From IMG/VR virus record IMGVR_UViG_3300011471_000001, positions 1 to 64,000 of that record: 64,000 nucleotides of DNA; one strand, written 5' to 3'. A model generated the notes under the pieces. It was not told the origin of the DNA and ran no database searches. It worked only from the letters and a program-made list of their open reading frames with translations. Positions 1-8,925 of the stretch are shown in pieces. Made by a program: the position numbers and the translations under genes. The stretch is from an uncultured virus (IMG/VR IMGVR_UViG_3300011471_000001) (Duplodnaviria; Heunggongvirae; Uroviricota; Caudoviricetes). How positions within the stretch are numbered: position 1 is the stretch's first letter; every line of letters begins with the position of its first letter.

Positions 1-1
1 G

Positions 2-478
2 GTTAAAGCCGTATTAGACATGTGCTGTGGCCCGCGCATGATGTGGTTCGATAAAGCCGATCCCCGCGTGCTGTATTCCGATATCCGGGAAGAGACCCAC
101 CAGCTGCCCGACCGGGAGCTTGTCATTAGCCCGGACGTGATTGCCGACTTCCGATCCTTGCCATTCCCGGATAACTCTTTTTACGTGATTACCTTTGACC
201 CGCCGCACCTGGAGCGGGCAGGCGAAAAGGGGTGGCAACGGCTCAAGTATGGAGTGCTCAATCGCGGAACCTGGCGCAATGATCTGCGCGCCGGTTTTAC
301 TGAGGCCTTCCGCGTGCTGCGCCCGAACGGCCTGCTGATTTTTAAATGGAATGAAACGCAGATCCGGGCGCGGGACATTCTGGCGCTGACTGACCAGAAA
401 CCTCTGTTTGGTCACATCAGCGGGAAGCGTGGTTTAACGCACTGGTTTACCTTCATCAAAGACGGAGAGCAGCAATGA
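2..478 (+). CDS. Phage SAM-dependent (probably DNA) methyltransferase, 5' end outside the window
   Basis: Frame is open from the window edge (VKAVLDMCCG). Motifs VLDMCCG, ADFRSLPF, FDPPH and FRVLRPNG are typical of this small phage methyltransferase family. Confidence 0.8.
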   Translation, partial: VKAVLDMCCGPRMMWFDKADPRVLYSDIREETHQLPDRELVISPDVIADFRSLPFPDNSFYVITFDPPHLERAGEKGWQRLKYGVLNRGTWRNDLRAGFTEAFRVLRPNGLLIFKWNETQIRARDILALTDQKPLFGHISGKRGLTHWFTFIKDGEQQ

Positions 479-828
479 ACCTGCGCAAATTCTTCCGCCT
501 CAAAGCGCCATGCGCTAACTGTCCGTTCCTGAAAGCTGGTGGCATCGAGCTGAATCCCGGACGTCTTGAGGGCATCAAAGCGCACCTGTTGCGAGACGAC
601 TACTCATCGTTCTACTGCCACAAAACGACGCACCACACTGGCGAAGAAGAGGACGAAGACGGCGGGGGTTACAGCCCGTTCGGGAAGGAGGCGCACTGCG
701 CCGGCGCTGTGGCGTTTTTGCTGTCCCGCGGCCGTCATAACATCGCTATGCGCCTGGCATTCATAGAAGGGCATACCGTGCCTGCAGACTTTGAGCCCGC
801 AATAAACATGATCGCCACTGAGAGCTGA
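475..828 (+). CDS. Hypothetical protein, Cys/His-rich (CxxCPF, FYCHK, AHC), possibly zinc-binding
   Basis: ATGA overlap with the upstream gene; GGAG RBS. Confidence 0.65.
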   Translation: MNLRKFFRLKAPCANCPFLKAGGIELNPGRLEGIKAHLLRDDYSSFYCHKTTHHTGEEEDEDGGGYSPFGKEAHCAGAVAFLLSRGRHNIAMRLAFIEGHTVPADFEPAINMIATES

Positions 829-838
829 GGAAAGCGCA

Positions 839-1132
839 ATGATCAACGATCGCGTGACGGATAAAGAGCTGGAAATATTCGCCGCTGAACCGCAAAACAA
901 CCTGGTGTTTGCGCCCAATCACGCGCTGGCGCAGATGATGGCCAGAGAGCTGCTGGCACTACGCCGGTCCGGTTCGGAGCTGGTGGAGGTGGCAAAGGCG
1001 GGGCTGGAGTATATCGACGCGATACCGACTGATATCGCCAGTGCATTTGACACTATGCCGGGTTTCGATCGTGACTGGGCCGAAGAGACAATAAGTGAAG
1101 TAAAACAGCTGGTGCAGACCGGCGTCCGGTAA
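839..1132 (+). CDS. Hypothetical phage protein (MARELLALR motif seen in Ead/Eaa-type early proteins)
   Basis: GAGGA RBS; operon-like spacing. Confidence 0.6.
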   Translation: MINDRVTDKELEIFAAEPQNNLVFAPNHALAQMMARELLALRRSGSELVEVAKAGLEYIDAIPTDIASAFDTMPGFDRDWAEETISEVKQLVQTGVR

Positions 1133-1192
1133 GCGTAGTTACCGCTGGTGGGCATGCCGATATGGTGCGCCACCAGCGACAATAGATTAATT

Positions 1193-1750
1193 TCAGGCGT
1201 GAGCAGCGGCGCGACGTTTGATCAGGCTGGTAGCAATAGATTCCACTTCTGCAAAGTCCTTTGAGACGCTGGCTCTTAGTGCCAGATTCCACTTGCTGAG
1301 GGTACGGGCGTTAACAATCAGTTCGCTGTCCGCTTTAATTCGACCGTTTTTTGCCAGCCATTCAGCAACGTCAGCCCAATCCCACAGCGGAGACTGGCCT
1401 TTGATACGCTGAATAGGGCAGGGGAAATCACCGTTGCCGCGTGTGCCGTCTTTCAGCATAGCGATAGCCTGGCGCGACATTTCTGTGATATCGGCAATAT
1501 CACTTAACCCGACCAGCGCAGAATCCACAGACATAACCGTAGCACCGATACCGGCAGACTCTACATTATCAATTGCTGATGCAATTGCGTCATTCAGTGA
1601 GTCAGCTTCGCGGTCAAACTCTATGTAAACAGAGTTGCCATAGGCTCCGATCATCCCATCGTCACAGCCGCTTTCAAACAGCGCATCTTCCAGTCCTTCG
1701 GTCTCATACGTTACGCCTGAGAGTGTCAGAGTGAAGTTATAAAGCGCCAT
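1193..1750 (-). CDS. Putative antitoxin: HicB-like N-terminal region plus HTH (AlpA-like) DNA-binding domain
   Basis: LFESGCDD and EFDREADSL N-terminal region; LVGLSDIA..SRQAI HTH; FPCP..PLWDW; lies downstream of a HicA-like gene. Confidence 0.65.
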   Translation of the reverse strand: MALYNFTLTLSGVTYETEGLEDALFESGCDDGMIGAYGNSVYIEFDREADSLNDAIASAIDNVESAGIGATVMSVDSALVGLSDIADITEMSRQAIAMLKDGTRGNGDFPCPIQRIKGQSPLWDWADVAEWLAKNGRIKADSELIVNARTLSKWNLALRASVSKDFAEVESIATSLIKRRAAAHA

Positions 1751-1817
1751 ATAAACCTCTTTATTTAACGTGGTTAAATACCTTTATGAACATGGCGGTT
1801 TGCACCGCCATTAATTA

Positions 1818-2072
1818 CTACTTTTTGTCTCTCTTCTGGCTTTTGATGTGTAGACATTCATCTACCCACCGCCTGATTTGAGCCGCATGGTGCTCCGGAA
1901 CTCTTGGAGTTGACCATACACTTCTTTGGTGGCTGCTATGCTCGTCAGTACTATCGCCACAACGTAATCTGCAATAGGGGTGTGCTGACTTGCCTGCGGG
2001 CACCATGACCCAGCCGTTTTCTAAAGCATACTCAATGGCCTCTTGAATATGCTTGTTCGGATGTTTCTTCAT
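1818..2072 (-). CDS. HicA-like toxin
   Basis: 84-aa basic protein with KHPNK..AIEYALENGW..SAH..SVWSTP pattern; GGAGG RBS; paired with an HTH antitoxin. Confidence 0.6.
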   Translation of the reverse strand: MKKHPNKHIQEAIEYALENGWVMVPAGKSAHPYCRLRCGDSTDEHSSHQRSVWSTPRVPEHHAAQIRRWVDECLHIKSQKRDKK

Positions 2073-2373
2073 TCGCCTCCGAATAATACAATTCTATTAT
2101 CTGTGTTGACATTCGTCAACGGTGAATGTCATTTAACCGTTGGTGCCAACACTCCGTGTCGCAGGCTGTCTACGGCCAGCTTTGACGGCGCATAAGCTAC
2201 AGGATAAATCCGTAATCCATCAATTAAATTGATAAATTCTATTGGTTAAGTGCCGGATAAGAGTAAATCATCTTGCTTGTATTGACAAGCAAAATCACGG
2301 TCTGTATATTGCACCTCATGGCGTTACTTTGGCGTCACCGCCCTGGCGGCTCCAGGCATTAAGGAACTACGCA

Positions 2374-3054
2374 ATGAATAACTCTCCAATGACTGCCACC
2401 GCTGCGCTTCAGCACATGTCTTACACCCTGACGGGCACAATCAAGCAGAGCCAGCAGCCTGGCTTTATCACGGCAGAAGCCTACGCGGATATCAAAACCA
2501 ATTATGAGCTGGTGGCCACCAGCTGCACCGACTTGGCGACCGTTGTTTGGCTGCGTAATCATCTCTGCTTTGGCTACAGTGGCGATGAACACACGTTTGA
2601 AGAGATCAACCTGGGCTACCGCGATCACATCGACTTCATCCTCAAATCAGGCTGGCGTCCTGGTGCTGCACCGGCGCACCCGATGGTGCTCGGCAATATG
2701 TTTGAGCTGGACTGGTGGGAACCTCAGCAGATCGTGGTGACAGCGCACACTGCGGATATCGTGACTGGCACTGCCACCATGACAGACACGGAAGGCGAAT
2801 ATCAGTTCGCGTTTAAGTGGACAATGATCATGGGTGAAGAAGCCGAACAACACGATCTGCCGTTCATGGTAAACATTACGGCAGCACGGTTTACTCTGCC
2901 GTATGAGTTCAAACTGTTTGAAGATGACGGACGTCCGCTCGATGCGCTGACTGCGCTACAGGAGCTGGACTGCGGCCTGGGCTTCTGTATTGAGTATTTC
3001 CCTGAAATTTATAAGCAATACGCCCCGTCAGAAGGGGTAACCAATCGAGGCTAA
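2374..3054 (+). CDS. Hypothetical protein
   Basis: ATG at 2374 follows an AAGGA RBS, so it is preferred over the TTG start at 2242; first gene of a + strand operon. Confidence 0.6.
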   Translation: MNNSPMTATAALQHMSYTLTGTIKQSQQPGFITAEAYADIKTNYELVATSCTDLATVVWLRNHLCFGYSGDEHTFEEINLGYRDHIDFILKSGWRPGAAPAHPMVLGNMFELDWWEPQQIVVTAHTADIVTGTATMTDTEGEYQFAFKWTMIMGEEAEQHDLPFMVNITAARFTLPYEFKLFEDDGRPLDALTALQELDCGLGFCIEYFPEIYKQYAPSEGVTNRG

Positions 3055-3056
3055 AC

Positions 3057-3281
3057 ATGACCGATAAAGCACGCGATCCACGGGCTTTAAATTCAGTTAA
3101 AGGAGCCGCCCCCGCGACGGCTCAGATTCAGATGCGCGTCATTCCCGAAGTTAAGAACCGGTACGTCGCGCAGGCGCAGCGGGAAGGGATGAAACTGTCA
3201 GAATGGATACAGCATCACCTCGATGCTGTATGCCAGTCGGCGGGCGAGGCAAAGCAACAGGATAAGAACACCAGTGATTAA
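3057..3281 (+). CDS. Ribbon-helix-helix-like small DNA-binding protein
   Basis: IQMRVIPEVKNRYVAQAQREGMKLSEWI matches the RHH/Arc pattern; GAGG RBS. Confidence 0.6.
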   Translation: MTDKARDPRALNSVKGAAPATAQIQMRVIPEVKNRYVAQAQREGMKLSEWIQHHLDAVCQSAGEAKQQDKNTSD

Positions 3282-3582
3282 ACAGGAAATCAGGGCGCTA
3301 TTTCTGGCGCACGGCTTCAAAATGGAGCAACAGCCAGATGGCAGTATCGATTTAAACCCTGCCTGCTATAGCATCGCTCAGGCACTTACAGAGCAGTATG
3401 GCGAAATTTACGGGCAACCGGCTGGGAATGTCGAGATCGCCGCTGGTGGAGGCGCTGAGGCGCGCACGATGGCGCTGTTTCACGATAAGGCGGCAAGCAC
3501 TGAGTTTCCGACCTACATCATGCGCAAACCGTCGAAAACTCCCGCGTTGGCCACCAGCAAAAATCCGGTATTCGGGCGCTGA
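3274..3582 (+). CDS. Hypothetical phage protein (FLAHGFK..QPDG..DLNP motif)
   Basis: Likely GTG start at 3274 overlapping the previous gene; stop overlaps the next ATG. Confidence 0.55.
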   Translation: MIKQEIRALFLAHGFKMEQQPDGSIDLNPACYSIAQALTEQYGEIYGQPAGNVEIAAGGGAEARTMALFHDKAASTEFPTYIMRKPSKTPALATSKNPVFGR

Positions 3583-3944
3583 TGGACGACAGGTTAAGTA
3601 AATACGGCTGGCTCTCATTCGAGGGCTGGCCGGACAGTGAAGTTCACGACTATCTCACTACTAAGTGTGGCATCATCCACGCCCGCAAGTTGCCGGACGG
3701 CAGCTGGACAGGACTTCTACGCCTTCTGTATACGCTCAGCGTCTGCATGGGGATCACGCCAACGGATGTGTATCAGTATCGCTGGTGCTTCGAAGACCCT
3801 GAAGAGGCCGTGCATCTCTACAAAAACGCCGTAGAAGTAGACGAGATACCGGAGCGCAGGGAGTCGCTGGTGGGCCACCGGCACACAACCGGCATCCCGC
3901 TCTATGTTGAGTTCGACCAGCTGGGCCTGCCAAAGTGGCGTTAA
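3582..3944 (+). CDS. Hypothetical phage protein
   Basis: TGATG coupling to the upstream gene; 120 aa. Confidence 0.6.
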   Translation: MDDRLSKYGWLSFEGWPDSEVHDYLTTKCGIIHARKLPDGSWTGLLRLLYTLSVCMGITPTDVYQYRWCFEDPEEAVHLYKNAVEVDEIPERRESLVGHRHTTGIPLYVEFDQLGLPKWR

Positions 3945-4066
3945 TTACCAAATGATGCATATAACGGTTAAACAATACACAAACGAATTAACTAAACTTG
4001 TTACTTTATGAGCCATTAAGTTAAATGGCCTTAATACCTGCTTATCGCTTTCAAAACGGAATAGTA

Positions 4067-5002
4067 ATGAATTTTTTAAAACGGTTCTCAAAGGACTACC
4101 GACGCATTACCTCTCGCCACAATATCCCTTACGCGCAGGTTGCCGGAAGTAACAGCCGTAATGATATATCCAGTGTTGTCATCCCCACTGTAGGCGCTGA
4201 CTTTGTTGAAGAGGCCATTCTTAGCGCCACGTTCGCAGCGCGTTATGCACCGGATCTACGTGAAATAGTTATCGTGACCGATCAGCCTGCTGCAGCATTC
4301 ACTAATCTGCCGGAAAAGACGCGGGTAGTGACTCTGGATATTCAGATCCCTAATCCTCAGCATCGCTACGCACAGCTCTATAAAAGCCGCCTTTTGAAAA
4401 TGCAGGCTCCGTTATCAGCCAGCCCGGACTCGAACGGCGTACTGATGATCGACTCAGATTTAAATCTCCTGAAAATGCCGAGCTACCAGCTGGAGAAATT
4501 CAACCTCTATTCATGCTTCCGTAATGGGCGTATGGGGGCGAAGTTTGAAAAACGTGGTTATCAGGACGTGCCAGCATACTACGCTAACAGCGTGCGTCCA
4601 GGTCTGGAACAGCACGTTAACAGCGCGTTCCTGGCGGCTACTTACTTCACATGGCAGAGACTTTGCCCGTTATGGGTTGACATGTTTAATGACACCTGGA
4701 CGACGCTACCGGATGACCAGCCACCTACGGATCAGCCCCCGCTTTCAGCTGCACTGGACACCCTGGATTACCAGACGGTTAATCTTGGAGACTGGACCAA
4801 CTGGCCGGTATCGAAAAAGATTGGTGGCACGCCCTCAGTCATTCCAAACGAGGTTATTGGCGCTCATGGCGGCTTCCCGTTAAGCGAATGGCAGAAGTAC
4901 CTGGATAACCCCACGCAGCCGCTGCTGTTTCGTAGTCAGGATTACACCCGCAAGGTGCGCTATCTGACGGACGAAGAGAAGCGATCTGGCACATCATCCT
5001 GA
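4067..5002 (+). CDS. Putative GT-A fold glycosyltransferase
   Basis: VVIPT, IVIVTD, KSRLLK, LMIDSD (DxD), VNSAF, DQP.L and H-G motifs resemble GT8-like enzymes. Start is 4025 or 4067. Confidence 0.6.
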   Translation: MNFLKRFSKDYRRITSRHNIPYAQVAGSNSRNDISSVVIPTVGADFVEEAILSATFAARYAPDLREIVIVTDQPAAAFTNLPEKTRVVTLDIQIPNPQHRYAQLYKSRLLKMQAPLSASPDSNGVLMIDSDLNLLKMPSYQLEKFNLYSCFRNGRMGAKFEKRGYQDVPAYYANSVRPGLEQHVNSAFLAATYFTWQRLCPLWVDMFNDTWTTLPDDQPPTDQPPLSAALDTLDYQTVNLGDWTNWPVSKKIGGTPSVIPNEVIGAHGGFPLSEWQKYLDNPTQPLLFRSQDYTRKVRYLTDEEKRSGTSS

Positions 5003-5086
5003 TGTACATGGCCACCAGCTATTCAGCTGGTGGTCGATCGGGCTTTTTAATGCCATAAGATCCCTTATCCGTCACACCGCTCTATA

Positions 5087-5114
5087 TAAAAAAAAGCCTG
5101 CGCATGGCAGGCTA
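5087..5114 (-). terminator. Rho-independent terminator, copy 1 (AGCCTGCCATGCGCAGGCT + T run)
   Basis: Hairpin followed by a T tract on the minus strand; near-duplicate at 5257. Confidence 0.6.
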
Positions 5115-5256
5115 ACGGACTCAAAGAGGTTGATTGAGGTTTCTCATAACGTGTGGGTTATGGGGTTCTCTGTAGAACGGGATTAACTGTAGCTTTGTCA
5201 GCCCGATAAACCAGCCTCAGAAAGCTAACTTTCGCGCCACCTCACATAAACAGGCA

Positions 5257-5281
5257 TAAAAAAGCCTGCACATGGCAGGCA
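5257..5281 (-). terminator. Rho-independent terminator, copy 2 (GCCTGCCATGTGCAGGC + T run)
   Basis: Hairpin followed by a T tract on the minus strand. Confidence 0.6.
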
Positions 5282-5437
5282 AATCGTATCGCAGGGAAGT
5301 CCATCTTGTGCGCACGGCTGCAATGGCCGTGCTGGTGGCAGGCTACAGGATCAACATTAGGTTCAGCTTAGGAAGTACCGTTACCAATATCACAAACCGC
5401 TTATCCTGGCCGTCACACTGACTCAGAGGCCACCAGC

Positions 5438-5854
5438 ATGACCACACCAACCGATTTAAACAGCACTCCCAACGATGCGGCCGCATTGCCCGACACATTA
5501 AACGCCGGCGAATTAACGTTAATCGCCGGCGCAGCAATTTCTCTGGCGATCGCCCCGGCGCCGCTGGTGGTAACTTTCTGCGCAACAGACGGCACGCGGG
5601 CGCAGCTTACAGTGAACAAGGGCAGGGTGACGTTTGAAGGCGATCCCGACGCTGCAGCGGAAATGTTTATCGAGGCGATGACGCGAAAGCACGCGGAGCA
5701 ATGGGGGGCGCAGCAGGAGCAGCTGGAAGAAGCAAAAGCCCAACTGGAGACATACTCGCACCATAATGGCCTGATGATGCTCTCACAGCGGCTGGTGGAC
5801 GCAGAGAAGGAACGCGACGCGCTGCGAGAGGAAATTAACCAGCGCCGGACATAA
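5438..5854 (+). CDS. Ead/Ea22-like early protein
   Basis: GRVTFEGD.DAAAEMF motif and coiled-coil tail (RLVDAEKERDAL); GAGG RBS. Confidence 0.5.
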   Translation: MTTPTDLNSTPNDAAALPDTLNAGELTLIAGAAISLAIAPAPLVVTFCATDGTRAQLTVNKGRVTFEGDPDAAAEMFIEAMTRKHAEQWGAQQEQLEEAKAQLETYSHHNGLMMLSQRLVDAEKERDALREEINQRRT

Positions 5855-6023
5855 GTTAACCGGTATCTTGGAAATGTATAACGTTCACTATAGTTAGCAG
5901 ACTTACATTTTATGTACTGGCGCATACTGGTCTACCTTCCAAAGCCGTGTGCGCACACGTTGCCGTTCTAACGTCCATGAAAGTTAATTTTTTAAAAAAT
6001 AAATGCGGCAGAGCCGCTATTCT

Positions 6024-6497
6024 TTATATTTTGTACCGGTAAATATTTCCAGAATGTGGGATCATTCCATGCTTCTGGAAAAAATTAAGGTAATATGGAG
6101 TCACTGCCTGTTTAAGCCCTTGATAGCGCATTTCATAAAAATCAAGATAATTGATGTAGGGGAACTGTTGTTTTACAGTTTTAGCAAAGCCTTTAATCAT
6201 GTGTATAGCATAACCGTTCTGAGTATAAGCAGTGTCCATCCCAAAATGACCAACTATTAAGACATCGGTTCCGGGGTTGTTGTGCAAAAGCTGTAACCAC
6301 CCAATTTCTTTAGAATTGTTGACCACCTTGATATCCCAAACACTCAACACCCCGGTTGGCATAGGTGTATGTCCCAAAGAGCTATTTGGCACTCCACTTC
6401 CTTGGTCCGCGCAGTCAAGAAAGTGATTTGCAAGTTTGTGGTGTAAATTAACTGTAACTTTTGGTTTTGAAAAAAAGTTTCTTAATTTTTTCAGCAT
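6024..6497 (-). CDS. AT-rich protein with a possible GNAT acetyltransferase fold
   Basis: EIGWL; HFGMDTAYTQNGYA (acetyl-CoA motif A-like); NFFQKHGM; AAGGA RBS. Confidence 0.5.
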   Translation of the reverse strand: MLKKLRNFFSKPKVTVNLHHKLANHFLDCADQGSGVPNSSLGHTPMPTGVLSVWDIKVVNNSKEIGWLQLLHNNPGTDVLIVGHFGMDTAYTQNGYAIHMIKGFAKTVKQQFPYINYLDFYEMRYQGLKQAVTPYYLNFFQKHGMIPHSGNIYRYKI

Positions 6498-6600
6498 AAT
6501 AAAATTCCTTTTTTGTAATATAAGGTTGTAGATTTATTCTAAGGCAGCAGAGGTAACTGTTTTCGAAAATAAATTATAGCTAACATTTAAACATTCCAAC

Positions 6601-7863
6601 TTACTTTATCTTGAGTATATCTTTTAAGCGGGTAGTGTATCGAGGTGACAGCATTTCACGCTTCATCTGCCACGCGCTGTCTTGCTCCCCCTGTCCCGCG
6701 AAGAATACCTTCCCCCTCCCGGATCGATTGATAGCGTCCAGCGCGGCCATTAAGGCATCTGAATTTGCACGCGGCTGCTGCTCACTGAACATGTCAAACT
6801 GCGCCACGCCAGACTGGTAAAAATCCCCCAGCATGACGCCTGCTTTTGCATACCGGTAGCCGTCGCGCCAGATAGTGCTAAGCCCGCGTAGCGCCGACTC
6901 AATAATGTCCCGCGTGTCGCTTGTGGGGTAGTCACAGACGCATGAGGCGGTATTCGAATACTGAGGCTCATTTGCGTGCCTGGCGGTAGAGATCGACACG
7001 CTGATATGTCGGCAACGCGAGTTCTGCTCTCTCAGCTTTTCTCCTGCACGGGTGGCGTAGAGTATGACGGCCTGCTTCATGTCCTCCAGCTCCGTGATCT
7101 TCTCACCAAATGAGCGTGAGTTAAGGATGTTCTGCTTCGGCGGCGGCGCGTCTTCCAGTGCGATGCAGGACTCGCCATTGAGCTCGCGGGTGGTCCGCTC
7201 AACGATGACGTCAAAGTTTTTCCGGATCATGCTGATATTGCTGTCCGCCAGCTGCAGAGCCGTGGTGATCCCCAGCTGGTGCATGCGCTTGGTAATGCGC
7301 GGGCCGATACCCCATATATCGCCGACGTCGGTCAGGTGAAGCAGCTTTCGCTGCCGGGTCCGGCTGGATAAATCGACCACGCCCTTTGTCTGCGTCCATT
7401 TTTTCGCAGCATGGTTAGCCAGCTTGGCCAGCGTCTTCGTTGGACCAAACCCTACGCCAATTATCAGCCCTGTTTCCTTCCGTATACGCTCACGCATCTG
7501 GTGTCCGAACGTCTCAAGCGGGATCACATTGCTGATGCCGGTGACGTCCAGAAATGACTCGTCGATAGAGTAAACTTCCTGTCCGGCAGCCATCTCGCCC
7601 AGTATGGCCATCATTCGGGCCGACATATCGCCGTACAGCTCATAATTGGAACTGAACACATGCACGCCGTTCTGCCTGAAAAAACGCTCATTCAGAAACA
7701 GCGGTGCCGCCATTTTGATTCCCAGGCGCTTTGCCTCCGCCGAACGTGCGATCACGCAGCCGTCATTGTTCGAAACGACGACAATCGGTTTACCGCGCAG
7801 ATCGGGTCTGAACACGGTTTCACAGGAGGCATAGAAGTTATTGGCATCGGCCAGCGCAAACAT
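6601..7863 (-). CDS. umuC: DNA polymerase V catalytic subunit UmuC (Y-family)
   Basis: FALADANNFYASCE, SNNDGCVIARS, YSIDESF, TKTLAKLAN and W.MKREMLSPRYTT motifs. Confidence 0.95.
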   Translation of the reverse strand: MFALADANNFYASCETVFRPDLRGKPIVVVSNNDGCVIARSAEAKRLGIKMAAPLFLNERFFRQNGVHVFSSNYELYGDMSARMMAILGEMAAGQEVYSIDESFLDVTGISNVIPLETFGHQMRERIRKETGLIIGVGFGPTKTLAKLANHAAKKWTQTKGVVDLSSRTRQRKLLHLTDVGDIWGIGPRITKRMHQLGITTALQLADSNISMIRKNFDVIVERTTRELNGESCIALEDAPPPKQNILNSRSFGEKITELEDMKQAVILYATRAGEKLREQNSRCRHISVSISTARHANEPQYSNTASCVCDYPTSDTRDIIESALRGLSTIWRDGYRYAKAGVMLGDFYQSGVAQFDMFSEQQPRANSDALMAALDAINRSGRGKVFFAGQGEQDSAWQMKREMLSPRYTTRLKDILKIK

Positions 7864-7865
7864 GC

Positions 7866-8243
7866 TTAATCTCCTGCAGGCCCGTTAAAGCCGATCCCGG
7901 CCACATCGGTTAGGGCATAAGCCACCACACCCCACACAGGAAGCTCCTGGCTCACATCGAGCAGTATTACTGTCTCGTCCGCGTCCAGGGCCTGGAGGGC
8001 GGGAACCGGATTGAGCAATAGCCGCCTCAGTGTCAGCTCGCCGTCGAACTCCGCCACGATAAGCTGGCCGTGCGCCGGCGTCAGGGCGCGATCGATGGCC
8101 AGCACGGTCCCTTTGACAATCCCGGCGCCGGGGCAGTCGGATTCACTGCGCATCAGATAGGTTGAGAAGGGGGAAAGGGATACCAGATCGCCCAGGTTCA
8201 GGCGCGTTTCAGTGTAGTTCTGGGCGGGGCTCTGAAAGGCCAT
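7866..8243 (-). CDS. umuD: UmuD'-like (HumD-type) S24 family subunit
   Basis: Starts at MAFQSPAQNY, equivalent to the post-cleavage GFPSPA of UmuD; WGVV near the C-terminus; directly upstream of umuC. Confidence 0.85.
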   Translation of the reverse strand: MAFQSPAQNYTETRLNLGDLVSLSPFSTYLMRSESDCPGAGIVKGTVLAIDRALTPAHGQLIVAEFDGELTLRRLLLNPVPALQALDADETVILLDVSQELPVWGVVAYALTDVAGIGFNGPAGD

Positions 8244-8416
8244 TGCAATGCTCCATTCTGATCAGCGTAATACAGCTCCTGTGATGAGTATAAGACGCTA
8301 CAGGCGGCAATGCTTGGATGTGTAAACCAGCGCCAGCACGAATTAACGGTCGCTTGTTCGTAAAGCTCCGCTATTCAAATGTAAACTATTTCCAACAAAA
8401 TTTTCAGGAGCATAGT

Positions 8417-8746
8417 ATGAGTTTCCCTACCAGAACAGAGCGCTTTAAACAATTCATCCAAAAACTTCGAGCCCATCCGCCAGTAGATAGTCGTGAAGAA
8501 GCTGTGTCATTGATGATGCGACTGATGAAAGAAGTTGAAGACTATTACCAGATTCCAGAAGGTTACGATGAGCGTATGAACGTTTTTTCTTTAAATACAG
8601 GTTGGAATGATCTTAGGTCTGACCCTTGCTATTGGGATGATGCAAGTACTGCGAAGCATCGCACTTTTGTGTACAACAACGGTAGAATTGTAATAGAGCG
8701 CGTAAAAGGGGAGAAAGGTTTAATCTTGGATAAACCCGGAGCTTGA
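8417..8746 (+). CDS. Hypothetical protein (109 aa)
   Basis: AGGAG RBS before the ATG at 8417; followed by a terminator. Confidence 0.6.
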   Translation: MSFPTRTERFKQFIQKLRAHPPVDSREEAVSLMMRLMKEVEDYYQIPEGYDERMNVFSLNTGWNDLRSDPCYWDDASTAKHRTFVYNNGRIVIERVKGEKGLILDKPGA

Positions 8747-8764
8747 CTCTTGATTCGCGGGCAT

Positions 8765-8790
8765 AAAAAAAGCCCCGATTAAGGGGCTTT
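8765..8790. terminator. Terminator hairpin AAGCCCC-GATTAA-GGGGCTT
   Basis: GC hairpin with an A/T tract between convergent genes. Confidence 0.7.
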
Positions 8791-8925
8791 AGAGCAAAGG
8801 CTAATGGCAACATCAATCAATAAACATCCGGTCAGTAAATTACCAAATCCTTAGATTTAAACAATTCATTTAATCGCCAGCCTGAAGCATTGTTACCTGC
8901 TAATTCTGGCAGGTACTAACGCCTT

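Noticed and set aside
8255..8332. Possible LexA box upstream of umuD (CTGGTTTACACATCCA on the minus strand)
   Set aside because: Does not fit CTG-N10-CAG; too weak to call.
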